From a virus, in the IMG/VR virus record IMGVR_UViG_3300034073_000569, positions 63,625-127,624 of that record: a stretch of DNA of 64,000 bases. One strand, written 5' to 3'. How positions within the stretch are numbered: position 1 is the first letter of the stretch; the number at the start of each line of letters is the position of its first letter. This document shows, piece by piece, positions 16,748 through 26,296 of this stretch. The position numbers and the translations under genes are program-made. The notes beneath the pieces are model-generated. The model did no database searches. It was not told the DNA's origin and saw only the letters and a program-made list of their open reading frames with translations.

Positions 16748-16907
16748 TATTATGGCTTTTGCTATTATACAAACTGATAGTTTGAATAGTACAATTACTT
16801 ATTCTCAAACTTATTCAGCAACAACAACTCAAGTAGATGGTAACACTGTATGGGTGGATACCACAATTGACAAAACAGTAGAACAAAAATTTAAAATTAA
16901 CCGTAAC

Positions 16908-18068
16908 ATGTCTAAAGTAAAATCTATTACTAAAAGAACCACGCAAGAAGTGCGTCAGATTGAAACCTCTCTAATTAATAAAGAGGAAGTATTTAAAATG
17001 CTAGCTTTGGCTGAAGCAACAGGACTACCATGTCTTTTAATTGGCCAACCAGGTGTAGCAAAAACTAAAACAGTAGTTGATTATGCTAAAGCATGGTTAA
17101 ACAGAGATGGTAAGATGACAGCAAAAGACTTTGCTGAGAAGATCTACATCTTAGAAACTGATGAGGGTACTAAAGCATCAGAAATTAAAGGTATGCCTGA
17201 CTTAGGTAAGTTATTTACAGACAATGAGTATACACTTAGCACTCCTATTGCAGAAGCTGAGATTGTTATCATTAACGAGGTAGATAAAGCTAGCTCAGCT
17301 ATCCGTAACGCCATGTTAGGTGTAATGAACGAGAAGTTCTTATTTAACGGTAAGCACAAGATCCCATGTAAATGGAAGTTATTTGTGGCTACATGTAATG
17401 AAATCCCTAAAGAAGAGAAAGGCTCTCCGTTCTGGGATCGTTTCATGTTGAAGCATACAGTTAACCGTGTATCTGCAGGTGAGATGGTTAAATACTACAA
17501 CAAAGGTGGTCGTGACTACCGTGAGAAGTTTAGTATTGGCATCCCTAACAAAACAGAGATCAATGAAGTAGAAATTCCAGTAGGTAAGTTAGAAAAGTAT
17601 ATGGAAGTAGGCTATAACCATAGCTCTGACCGTACTTTGACTTTCGTTCCTACATTATCTAAGGCAGTATCCTATATCTGGGATATCTCAGTAGACAAAG
17701 CTCTTGTAAAGACAGCTCAGATCATGATTGATCAAACTGCAGGTTCTGAATTACAGAACAAACTAATGTCACCAGAAGTTAAGGCAGTAATGAGTAAGGT
17801 AGAGATGTTACATAGCTACCAAACCAACGAGCAACTAGAGCTAGCTATTGCAGAGATTGAAGGTTTAATTAATACTTATGCAAGCAGAGGTATTATGGAT
17901 TCAGGTCAAGTAGGTGAGATTGAGATTTCTATGCAATACATCTTACAGAATCATCCAGCACGTGTTGATGAAGTAGATACTAATGAATTAGAAGCTATGA
18001 TGTCAGAAGTAGAATCTGAATCATCTATGCCTATGGAAGCTGTAATGCAAGTTTCAAACCCTTTTTAG
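16908..18068 (+). CDS. MoxR/RavA-like AAA+ ATPase
   Basis: GQPGVAKT, IINEVDKA, PFWDRF. Likely start MSKVK at 16908, though the frame is open from 16557. Confidence 0.85.
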   Translation: MSKVKSITKRTTQEVRQIETSLINKEEVFKMLALAEATGLPCLLIGQPGVAKTKTVVDYAKAWLNRDGKMTAKDFAEKIYILETDEGTKASEIKGMPDLGKLFTDNEYTLSTPIAEAEIVIINEVDKASSAIRNAMLGVMNEKFLFNGKHKIPCKWKLFVATCNEIPKEEKGSPFWDRFMLKHTVNRVSAGEMVKYYNKGGRDYREKFSIGIPNKTEINEVEIPVGKLEKYMEVGYNHSSDRTLTFVPTLSKAVSYIWDISVDKALVKTAQIMIDQTAGSELQNKLMSPEVKAVMSKVEMLHSYQTNEQLELAIAEIEGLINTYASRGIMDSGQVGEIEISMQYILQNHPARVDEVDTNELEAMMSEVESESSMPMEAVMQVSNPF

Positions 18069-18129
18069 CACAGGGTTATAGACATGTAACAGAAAATTAT
18101 TACTGGAAATCTGGTATAATATATTTTCT

Positions 18130-18181
18130 AGATGGAACCGGTCAGATGAAAGAATTACTTTCATCTGCTGGTGAACCATCT
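18130..18181 (+). other. long intergenic hairpin
   Basis: AGATGG..ACCGG.CAGATGAAAG-AATTA-CTTTCATCTG-CTGGT..CCATCT. Confidence 0.6.
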
Positions 18182-18208
18182 TAGTTTATAATCCATAAAT
18201 CATGACAC

Positions 18209-19705
18209 ATGGCTAGTCCAAAACAATATAAGAATGTATATACCATTCTTGAGAAAGTAAAAAAAGGTGAGATTCAGTCTTACTATAATGATGATGACGA
18301 TGGACTATTTGGTAAGATTAACTTCTATAAGAAGGCTGACCTTATCAAACCATACTTACATTACATAGACGAGCGTAGAGTAGATACTATTGTAGATACA
18401 TATGTTAGTAATCCTGAACATATAACAGATGCATATCGTAAACTAGTAGGTAGTTCTAAGATAGATAATGATCAAAAGCCAGACTTTGAAAGTTTTGTAA
18501 CTAAGGTTAAAGAAAACTACAAGAAGTTTCCTAAGCATATGTCTAAAGATATTCATAAGCTTTTCTATCATAAGATGGAGAAACTAGAATTTGAAGACCG
18601 TGATGACTCAAACTACACTAAGTTTAAGTTACTTGAGAAAGCTAATAATCCTGTAGCTAAGATTATGGCAGAAGGTAGTAATCTTAAGTCTACCATCTTT
18701 GCTAGAAATATCATGGCTTACTTTGCTTTAAGATCTACTATGATGGAATACATTGATCCTCAAGCTAATGAAGATTTCATGAATGCTATGAATGGAGGAG
18801 GTGATTCTGATGCAGCAGATAAAGCTATGGATAAGATGTTTAATGATAGAGCATCTAAAAACATGTTTGACCAAGCTATTAAAGATGCCACTGATACATG
18901 TAAAGACATGGATCAAGCCATTGATAAAGACACTCAAGAAAAAATGTTTGAGAACGTCAATAAAGATGGTGGTAAGCAAGCTGGTAACCTTAGTCCTGAT
19001 TATATCAGAAAGGTTGTACAAGAACTATCTAAACTTAATCTTTCTATGGGAAGCCTTAAAGATAAGATTAAGAAGCTTATGGATAAGTCTGTATCTTACT
19101 TTAGTGCTAAGAAAGAAACTATCTATGAAGACTTGTTTAACTCTGATAATCTTGCAGGCTTAAGTGACTACATAGAACTACATCCTAAGTTACGTAAGAT
19201 CTTTGTAGAAGACGTTCTTGTAAAAGATGAGAAGTCTATTGGTAAAATAGATATCTATATAGATATTTCAGGATCAATGTCTGACGACTGTGGCGTAAAA
19301 GACGCCAACGGTGGTAGAATTAATAAGCTAGATTTCTGTAAAGCATTTACAGTAAAGCTTGGTGAGATGGGATTACTTAACGATGTTTACTTGTTCAACA
19401 ATCATGTAAGTAAATTTAAGAATGATCCTATTTCTTTAGCTATGCTAGATACATCAGGAGGTACTACAACAGATAATGCTGTACGTAGTATAGATAGAGT
19501 TGGTGCTAATGCCTTAGTTATTACAGATGCTGAAGATCGTTGCAGTATTTACTCAGATAAAGCTTTCTTTATAGGAGTAAAAGGAGCAAACTTTAGACAT
19601 TTTAATAATGAAGTGATTAGACAATACTCAGAGAATGGTCAAGTAGTAGTATTTGACGGTTCAAGAATATACAATGTAAGTGAAAAAGGTGATATGATAG
19701 TCTAA
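18209..19705 (+). CDS. vWA (MIDAS) domain protein, partner of MoxR ATPase
   Basis: IYIDISGSM, GGT, VITD motifs. Confidence 0.88.
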   Translation: MASPKQYKNVYTILEKVKKGEIQSYYNDDDDGLFGKINFYKKADLIKPYLHYIDERRVDTIVDTYVSNPEHITDAYRKLVGSSKIDNDQKPDFESFVTKVKENYKKFPKHMSKDIHKLFYHKMEKLEFEDRDDSNYTKFKLLEKANNPVAKIMAEGSNLKSTIFARNIMAYFALRSTMMEYIDPQANEDFMNAMNGGGDSDAADKAMDKMFNDRASKNMFDQAIKDATDTCKDMDQAIDKDTQEKMFENVNKDGGKQAGNLSPDYIRKVVQELSKLNLSMGSLKDKIKKLMDKSVSYFSAKKETIYEDLFNSDNLAGLSDYIELHPKLRKIFVEDVLVKDEKSIGKIDIYIDISGSMSDDCGVKDANGGRINKLDFCKAFTVKLGEMGLLNDVYLFNNHVSKFKNDPISLAMLDTSGGTTTDNAVRSIDRVGANALVITDAEDRCSIYSDKAFFIGVKGANFRHFNNEVIRQYSENGQVVVFDGSRIYNVSEKGDMIV

Positions 19706-21054
19706 AGATTTATCTTAGAACCTACAACACCAAAGAATAACATAGGGACATCAGGATTAGAACTAATACTAGTCTTGATCCCTATGTTTAATTTAAATCT
19801 TTTTGTAAAAGAATAGTCTACACCCATACCGGTAAGGATACCTATATCTGTAGACTCAGTGAAAGTACCATCTTTAGTTAGATAAACTAAAGGACTACCA
19901 GAAAAATATATATCTGGTGATAAAGTAATTCTACGACTAAGTGTAAAAGGCTTAGTGTAGAAAAGTAATAAAGAACTAGTAACACTCATTTGTTTTTGAG
20001 GATCACTAGAAGGAGTAGGTACATAATCTGCCCCAGCAAAAGAAACTGTCAGGTTAGCTCCTGATACACCCCACTTACCCATAGGATAAATATATGCGTA
20101 AGTACCAAAACCAAACACTGTACCAAAAGCATAAGCTGCAGTAGCACCAAAGTTAGATATACCCTGAAGTTTACCTTCATTAAAGTGCATTAACGTATAT
20201 CTACTACTAAGAGCAAACTGTTGAAAGTTGCTCCACAACATGCCGGTTACTCCCCAGGAAGATTGCCCAGTCATAGAAGACTGAGATATTCCACCGGTCA
20301 TAATAATACTGAAACTATTATCTAGACTTTGCCCACCAGTAAAGTCAGAATTAAATAATATAGGATTTACTCTAGCAGGACCTTTAGCTCCTCCTTTAGA
20401 TTTAGATTTAGCACTTGATTTAGATTCTGATTTAGATTCAGACTTTGACTCTGAACTAGACTCAGAAGAAGATTCAGAACTAGATGATTCTGAACTTGAA
20501 GAACTTTCCCCACTGCTAGAGCTGCTGCTACTAGATTCTGAGCTCGATCCTTGAGAATTGCTTGAACTACTAGCAGAGCTGCTAGCTGAGGAAGAAGCTG
20601 AACTTGCAGCAGAAGAACTTGCAGATGAAGCTGCACTACTAGAAGCTGAAGAAGCCGCTGAACTAGCGGCTGATGATGCTGCACTAGCTGCAGCAGATGA
20701 AGCGGCAGTAGACGCAGCTGCAGAGGCAGCAGCACTTACAGCAGCAGAAACAGCACCGGCTGTAATTTGAGTGCTAGTAGCTGAAGCTTGAGCAACAGAA
20801 CATGGAGATAGCTTTCTATAGTCTTCATATACTTGATTGAGCCAATTATTAAAAGCACCACTCCTAACATCAGCTGCAGTAAACACACGAGACTTGTTAT
20901 AAAAAACAATAACAGTGCTACCGTTGATAGGAATAACAAACGTAGAAACCACTTTCGTACATGGATCAATAAACGTTTGTACAAGAGTTTGTGAATACCC
21001 ATAAAATGGTAGTATTACTACTATTAATAAGGATAATATAAACTGTTTCATCAC
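19702..21054 (-). CDS. secreted/outer-membrane protein with Ser/Ala linker and C-terminal beta-barrel-like domain
   Basis: Signal peptide, Cys pair, long S/A/E low-complexity tract, then alternating amphipathic strands ending GVVGSKINL. Confidence 0.75.
   Translation of the reverse strand: MMKQFILSLLIVVILPFYGYSQTLVQTFIDPCTKVVSTFVIPINGSTVIVFYNKSRVFTAADVRSGAFNNWLNQVYEDYRKLSPCSVAQASATSTQITAGAVSAAVSAAASAAASTAASSAAASAASSAASSAASSASSSAASSASSSAASSASSSASSSASSSSNSQGSSSESSSSSSSSGESSSSSESSSSESSSESSSESKSESKSESKSSAKSKSKGGAKGPARVNPILFNSDFTGGQSLDNSFSIIMTGGISQSSMTGQSSWGVTGMLWSNFQQFALSSRYTLMHFNEGKLQGISNFGATAAYAFGTVFGFGTYAYIYPMGKWGVSGANLTVSFAGADYVPTPSSDPQKQMSVTSSLLLFYTKPFTLSRRITLSPDIYFSGSPLVYLTKDGTFTESTDIGILTGMGVDYSFTKRFKLNIGIKTSISSNPDVPMLFFGVVGSKINL
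20400..20760 (-). repeat. coding low-complexity Ser/Ala repeat
   Basis: Degenerate AASS/SESK codon repeats. Confidence 0.7.
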
Positions 21055-21782
21055 TTGTCAAAGATTCCTTTTTTAACCATACGGTCAAGGATTCTTGCAC
21101 AAGCAATATCTAAAGCTTTTTTAGTAGCAATAGAAATAGAAGATTGATTAAACTTAACAGGATCTAAACTAGCATCTGATAACCCAGATGTTTCTTTAGT
21201 AGTTTTAGCTTCACCTAAACCAGAACCAGAAATAACGGTTCCTGTTTCAGCATTTGTGAATCTCACTTGAAGACCAATACGAGTTACTAATAGTTGTTTA
21301 GTATCACCCTTAATATAAACAGATTCATCTTCTGAAATAGAGTAATCATAACATTCTATGGTAACAAAGTATTCAGCTAGGTTAATTTTACCCCTTCCAT
21401 CTAATTTATTTTCTGATATACCTGCTTGAGAAGCTTGAAACTGTTTTACCATACGGTTTTTAATTTCAGTTTTATCTTCTGTAAACTTAAATCTGTTTAG
21501 ATTTTCTAGGTATTCCATAGATATGTTAGCTACGCCTAGTCCTACACGCTTTTCTTTTAGCTCAGGAAACATCTCATACATTTCTTCAGATATTCCAGCT
21601 TTTAGAATCTGAATAGGGATTTGTTTACCTTCATAGTCAAGAAACTGACTAATGTCAATAGACTTCTCAAAACTAGCTTTATAGTTTTCAGTAGTAGTTT
21701 TAGCTATCTGACAAAAACCAGCATGCCCCAATAAGAGCATGCTGGATAAAAACACAAACCAAACAAAATATTTCTTTTTCAT
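21051..21782 (-). CDS. CsgG/HfaB-like secreted protein
   Basis: Signal peptide. LENLNRFKFTE, AEYFVTIECYDY and GLQVRFTNAETGTVI match the CsgG-family pattern. Confidence 0.7.
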   Translation of the reverse strand: MKKKYFVWFVFLSSMLLLGHAGFCQIAKTTTENYKASFEKSIDISQFLDYEGKQIPIQILKAGISEEMYEMFPELKEKRVGLGVANISMEYLENLNRFKFTEDKTEIKNRMVKQFQASQAGISENKLDGRGKINLAEYFVTIECYDYSISEDESVYIKGDTKQLLVTRIGLQVRFTNAETGTVISGSGLGEAKTTKETSGLSDASLDPVKFNQSSISIATKKALDIACARILDRMVKKGIFDK

Positions 21783-22000
21783 ACTTTTAGTTTATTGGAA
21801 TATTTGGAAAGCACCCAGTACAATAGCCAAAATACCCCGGACAAGCAATAGAATATGATATCGGTAGCCCAAAAGCTCCCAGTAATGTTTAAGAGCGTCT
21901 TGAATAAAAGATCGTAGCCCAATGGAAGGAAGAACATTGCTAGCATTAAACTGATATCTTTTAGAGAGTTCACTCTCTTTAGTCTGTTTCTTTTGTTCAT
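21779..22000 (-). CDS. small membrane protein (2 TM)
   Basis: Two hydrophobic helices, ATGA-coupled to the CsgG-like gene. Confidence 0.65.
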   Translation of the reverse strand: MNKRNRLKRVNSLKDISLMLAMFFLPLGYDLLFKTLLNITGSFWATDIIFYCLSGVFWLLYWVLSKYSNKLKV

Positions 22001-22024
22001 CAGAATCCATGGGAGTTAATTAAG

Positions 22025-22657
22025 TTAAACAATATCTTTTATCTTTCCACACTTAAGACATTCTTCATCACCGTCTCCATCAGCGTCACCCCAAACGTGC
22101 TCACACTGACGGTGTGCAAAGTACTCATCAATTTTACCATCACCATCAAAGTCAAGACCGTCCATAACACCGTCTCCGTCTTCATCAATTTCTGTACCTT
22201 TTTTAACTGGTGCAGCTACCGGTTCTACCACTGCTTTAACTTCTTCTTTAACCTCTTCTTTAGAAGCTTGTGATTGTGCGTTAGCTCTATCAGCAGCAGC
22301 TAAGAATGCCGGATCTACTAAAGGTGTAGTGTCTTTAGGAGACTCTTTCATATCATTAGTATGTGATAATGAAACTCCGTCTTCCTCATCCATCTTCTGT
22401 ACTAACATCTTGTCTTTGTCAGTATCAGAGAACCAGTAATCAATAATTTTACCATAAGAGCCAATAAACGCTCCTAGTAAAAGTAACAATAACTCTTTCC
22501 ATTCACCCTGGATAGCAGTGCCGTATGTAATAGCAGTAAAGATACCTGCTATAATAAGCATAAATGAACCTAATACTAACGCTGTAATAAACCAGCGTCT
22601 CATCATCATTGATCCTAGTAGTTCTTTAAAACCACCTGATTGTGTGTTGTTTTCCAT
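22025..22657 (-). CDS. membrane protein with DxDGDG Ca-binding-like repeats and Cys/His tail
   Basis: 2 TM, IIDYWF, then DEDGDG, DFDGDG, DADGDG, CEH and CLKC. Confidence 0.8.
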   Translation of the reverse strand: MENNTQSGGFKELLGSMMMRRWFITALVLGSFMLIIAGIFTAITYGTAIQGEWKELLLLLLGAFIGSYGKIIDYWFSDTDKDKMLVQKMDEEDGVSLSHTNDMKESPKDTTPLVDPAFLAAADRANAQSQASKEEVKEEVKAVVEPVAAPVKKGTEIDEDGDGVMDGLDFDGDGKIDEYFAHRQCEHVWGDADGDGDEECLKCGKIKDIV

Positions 22658-22675
22658 ATAACTATTTATAATTTA

Positions 22676-22996
22676 TTACCACTTTGGAGTTTCTTCTTTA
22701 AACTCATCACCTTCTTTTTTCTTAGGCTTAGGTTGATCAGCAGGTTTTGGAGCTACTTCTTTCTCTTTAATAATAACTGTTTTACCACCACCTCCACCAG
22801 AAGCTTGTTGAGCTTGTTGGTTAGAGTTTGTAATATTAATAACTGGTGCTGCAGCAGGAGCTGGAGTAGCGTCTCCACCGCCTAATAGTGATGTAGCCCA
22901 TGTACCTGCAGCAACAACTGCTGTAGATAATACACCGATCACAGTCTTTTTAAGACTTGACCATGTTCCTTCTTGTTCTTGTGTTTCTTCTGACAT
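22676..22996 (-). CDS. single-TM low-complexity protein
   Basis: TM followed by P/A/Q/G-rich linker. Confidence 0.75.
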   Translation of the reverse strand: MSEETQEQEGTWSSLKKTVIGVLSTAVVAAGTWATSLLGGGDATPAPAAAPVINITNSNQQAQQASGGGGGKTVIIKEKEVAPKPADQPKPKKKEGDEFKEETPKW

Positions 22997-23002
22997 AGTA
23001 TT

Positions 23003-23380
23003 CTATTTTATAATAATTGGATGTTTAACTTCTTTACCTTTTACATCTATAAAGATAAGATCATAATCTTGTTTAGACAAACCAGATAAATCATATACTT
23101 TTTTAGTTACTGACTCAGTAGCAGTAAAACCTTCTTTCTTTACAGGTTCATCTTTACCGAATGGTACTACTTGTACAGAATATTTAGCTCCCACTGTAGT
23201 CTCAAATTCAGCAGTAACCGAGTTACCAGTTTGAGTAATTGACTTAATAGCAGTAGCTTCTGACTTTACACCTAGATTAATAGGCTCTGGGTTTGGAATA
23301 TCTACTTTAGTGCAGGCATACACAACAAGTGAACCTACAATAATAAGATATACAGCTAATAGTTTAGTTGTTTCTTTCAT
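23003..23380 (-). CDS. putative lipoprotein with beta-sandwich domain
   Basis: Hydrophobic signal ending VYA-C, beta-rich body. Confidence 0.7.
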   Translation of the reverse strand: MKETTKLLAVYLIIVGSLVVYACTKVDIPNPEPINLGVKSEATAIKSITQTGNSVTAEFETTVGAKYSVQVVPFGKDEPVKKEGFTATESVTKKVYDLSGLSKQDYDLIFIDVKGKEVKHPIIIK

Positions 23381-23381
23381 T

Positions 23382-25508
23382 TTAAAAGTTATTATAACCG
23401 GTTAACTTAATTTGTGTAGAGTTAAGATAGATTCCTAACTGATTTCCTTTCTGATCTGCAGCATCCATAAGTGGAGATACTTTTACAGATGTAATAATAT
23501 TTACACCTTCACCAATTGTGCTAAACTTAAGTTTAAAAGGTGTAGATGTTCCTTTGATAACTTCAGAGTTATTCTTATCTAAACCTCCAAACTTTACACG
23601 TCCATCTTTAGAGTTAGCAAATACATACCAAGTGTTTGGTACAGTGCTTAATAGTTCTTCAAACTTAATCTTAGTTGGATCAAATGTAAATTCAAACTGA
23701 AGACCACTAACACTTGCACCTTTAGAATCAATATTTACTGGTATCTCAATTGTATTAGATGTAACTGTTAAGTTATTTAGATTGACATCTATAGTACTGA
23801 CATCAGTAGTTAAGTTCATAGATGTTCCAGTAGACTGAGATTGCATAGCCATAGATCTAAATGCAGAGTTAGTAGCTAAACTATTAACAGCATTAGACTG
23901 TACAATAGATGTTCCTGCAGTGCTTGTAACAACTTGAGAAGAATGTGATCTATTTACATCACCCCATAGTAAGTACTTAAGATCTAAAATAGCATTAGTA
24001 CCAGCTGTAGCAGTTTTAAAATATGTCTTAGGATATGTAATATTCTTCCAGTTAGCTGCAGTGATAGATCCCCAAGAACTATTTACAGATGTGTTAAACT
24101 CAAATTCAGCTTTTAAAGCATAATCTACATTCTGATTATTAATATTACGTATAGAAGATATATATGTTGATGTACCGTCTTTTGCTTTAATTAAAGTAGA
24201 AGGAACAGTATATTGAGCCCAGTTAGCGTCTTCAGAAACATATTCAACAGGTCCCGTATAAATATCAAAAAGCTGTACACTTTTAATAGTACTTGCTACT
24301 GTACCACTAGGAAACTCTCTCATGTCTATACGAAGAGTACTAGAAGACGTTCCTGGAGTAACATATGCCCATTCAGTTTGACCAGCTAATGTAGTAGCGT
24401 CAGATGCTCTCCATGTAGGAAGAGACATATAACCTCCACTTCCTGATACATAAGTAGTAGGAAGCATGATTAATGTATCTATACCTGCAACTTGTGCAAG
24501 CAATTGAGGAAGATCACCACCATCTATAGATTTATTTTTATTAATATCTGCAGCATATAATGACTGTCCAGTTTTAATACTTTGTCCATTAGATCCATCT
24601 AATCCCATAGATGTAAACTCACCCTGAGCTGTAGTAAAATCTGAAATAGTAATAGCATTATTATAAATAGCATATAGCTGTTCCATATCATGCATTACTG
24701 AAACCTCATATACTTTATTATCTGCTAATGAAGCTTGATTAATGTCAACTTCTCCTGTAGATGTAACAGGGAATAAAACTCCTGTATTAGTAAGAGTATC
24801 TCTAAATGATACTTTAAGAGCAGATAGGTTGTATAAATTAGAATTTAAATCTACTTTAGCTGTTACATATTTACCAAAGTTCTGATTCATAGTTACAGTT
24901 GTAGATAATGGAGCTTCCATTATTGTAGGTTCTAAAATACCAGACCCATTCCAAGCAGCAACAAAGTTTAACTTAATTGGATTAAATGTATAAGCTGTAG
25001 ATGCAGCTTTTAATCTAAATGTATATCTAACAAAATCACCGTATCCTTGATATGGCATTCCATTTGGAGTAGACCAAGATACTGTAGTTCTTAAAATAGC
25101 ATTTCCACCATTTGCATTATAAGCATATTGAGCATACTGGTAGTTAGTAGTACCATTTGTAGTAGTATTAGCACTACTACCTGATGTCACACTAGTAAAT
25201 GAATATCCCGGATAGTTATACCAAGATGTATTAACTGTTGATCCATAAGGTACCATTCCACCGTTACCACCAGTCCCTGTCATATAAACAGATACTAACT
25301 CAAAGTTAGTCTGGTCATATTGCATATCAATTAATGTTTGACGTGCTGTAGTATTATTATTACCATCAATATAGACAGTGTACACAAAAGTACCACCTCT
25401 ATTAAGAGTGGCACCACCAATTGCAGTAGAAGCTTTAAACTTCAGTTGAGCAAAAGACTGTAGAGAAAAAGCCAATAAGATTGTAACAAGAAATAATACT
25501 TTCTTCAT
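23382..25508 (-). CDS. secreted cohesin/dockerin-like protein
   Basis: Signal peptide (SFA-Q). Cohesin-like IDMQYDQTNFELV and IEIPVNI..GLQFEFTFDPTKIKF. Dockerin-like AADINKNKSIDGGDL and GDVNRS. Confidence 0.75.
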   Translation of the reverse strand: MKKVLFLVTILLAFSLQSFAQLKFKASTAIGGATLNRGGTFVYTVYIDGNNNTTARQTLIDMQYDQTNFELVSVYMTGTGGNGGMVPYGSTVNTSWYNYPGYSFTSVTSGSSANTTTNGTTNYQYAQYAYNANGGNAILRTTVSWSTPNGMPYQGYGDFVRYTFRLKAASTAYTFNPIKLNFVAAWNGSGILEPTIMEAPLSTTVTMNQNFGKYVTAKVDLNSNLYNLSALKVSFRDTLTNTGVLFPVTSTGEVDINQASLADNKVYEVSVMHDMEQLYAIYNNAITISDFTTAQGEFTSMGLDGSNGQSIKTGQSLYAADINKNKSIDGGDLPQLLAQVAGIDTLIMLPTTYVSGSGGYMSLPTWRASDATTLAGQTEWAYVTPGTSSSTLRIDMREFPSGTVASTIKSVQLFDIYTGPVEYVSEDANWAQYTVPSTLIKAKDGTSTYISSIRNINNQNVDYALKAEFEFNTSVNSSWGSITAANWKNITYPKTYFKTATAGTNAILDLKYLLWGDVNRSHSSQVVTSTAGTSIVQSNAVNSLATNSAFRSMAMQSQSTGTSMNLTTDVSTIDVNLNNLTVTSNTIEIPVNIDSKGASVSGLQFEFTFDPTKIKFEELLSTVPNTWYVFANSKDGRVKFGGLDKNNSEVIKGTSTPFKLKFSTIGEGVNIITSVKVSPLMDAADQKGNQLGIYLNSTQIKLTGYNNF

Positions 25509-26152
25509 TATAATAGTTTATTTACCAATGAGTTAGAAGCTTTCTTTAAAGCAGAACTTAAATTTTGTTGGTTAAACTTACCCCCTTCATCTATAAGAAT
25601 AGCTGACATAGATACTTCATCTGCAGATTCTTCTACAATGATTTTCTTATCCAGCTTACCGTCTTTGTACAAAAGACCACGTAGACGGATGACTACAGAT
25701 TCTTTGTTATTATGTAATACAGAAAAACTAGATTGTGTTTTTAATACATCTAGATATATGATTTCTACAGAAAGCTTTAAGTTAGCTGTCTTATCTAGTT
25801 CATATTCTTTTTCTTGAATAGCTTCTTCTAGAATATTCTTAACACCAAATTCTAAATTGCGGTTACCGGCAAGAGATCCTACTACTACTTTATTAGTAAC
25901 AGAAGATATATCTATTTTCTTAGGTTCTTCATACCAGATATTACCAGGATGATTTCTAAAGTTACCATCAAAAGTCCAAGTAAACCAGTTAGTAATAGCT
26001 CTTGTAGTTTCTTCTTTACCTGCAAAGTGTAAATAGATCATGTATCCTTGAAACAAGAATGCAAAAATGATCCATACAAATGCTAATCGTATAAAGATTC
26101 TACCTATAAGATCAATTAGTTTTTGACTATAGGTAATTACATATGCTTTCAT
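25508..26152 (-). CDS. membrane-anchored protein with CsgG/LptE-like alpha/beta domain (putative)
   Basis: N-terminal TM, GVKNILEEAIQ..LSVEIIYLD, C-terminal helix SALKKAS..LV. Confidence 0.6.
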   Translation of the reverse strand: MKAYVITYSQKLIDLIGRIFIRLAFVWIIFAFLFQGYMIYLHFAGKEETTRAITNWFTWTFDGNFRNHPGNIWYEEPKKIDISSVTNKVVVGSLAGNRNLEFGVKNILEEAIQEKEYELDKTANLKLSVEIIYLDVLKTQSSFSVLHNNKESVVIRLRGLLYKDGKLDKKIIVEESADEVSMSAILIDEGGKFNQQNLSSALKKASNSLVNKLL

Positions 26153-26158
26153 AGTATA

Positions 26159-26284
26159 TTATTTACCTTGACCTCTATACTTCTTGACATGCTTGTCTTT
26201 AGGTCCATTGCTTTTACGTAAACGTCCTGTCTTTCTTTTACCAAAGGTGATCTTCTTAGATTCACCTCCTTTAGCTTTAGCCAT
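26159..26284 (-). CDS. small basic protein (41 aa, KKYRGQGK)
   Basis: Not in ORF track. MAKAKGGESKKITFGKRKTGRLRKSNGPKDKHVKKYRGQGK* fills the gap. Confidence 0.75.
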   Translation of the reverse strand: MAKAKGGESKKITFGKRKTGRLRKSNGPKDKHVKKYRGQGK

Positions 26285-26296
26285 AGTGTGTTAGTT

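Noticed and set aside
20400-20760. CRISPR array or DGR-type repeat
   Set aside because: Degenerate in-frame codon repeats with no fixed repeat-spacer period. No cas or reverse transcriptase gene in the window.
20367-21002. Alternative-frame ORFs (20367..20735, 20558..20770, 20736..21002)
   Set aside because: Shadows of the Ser/Ala low-complexity tract and its host gene.
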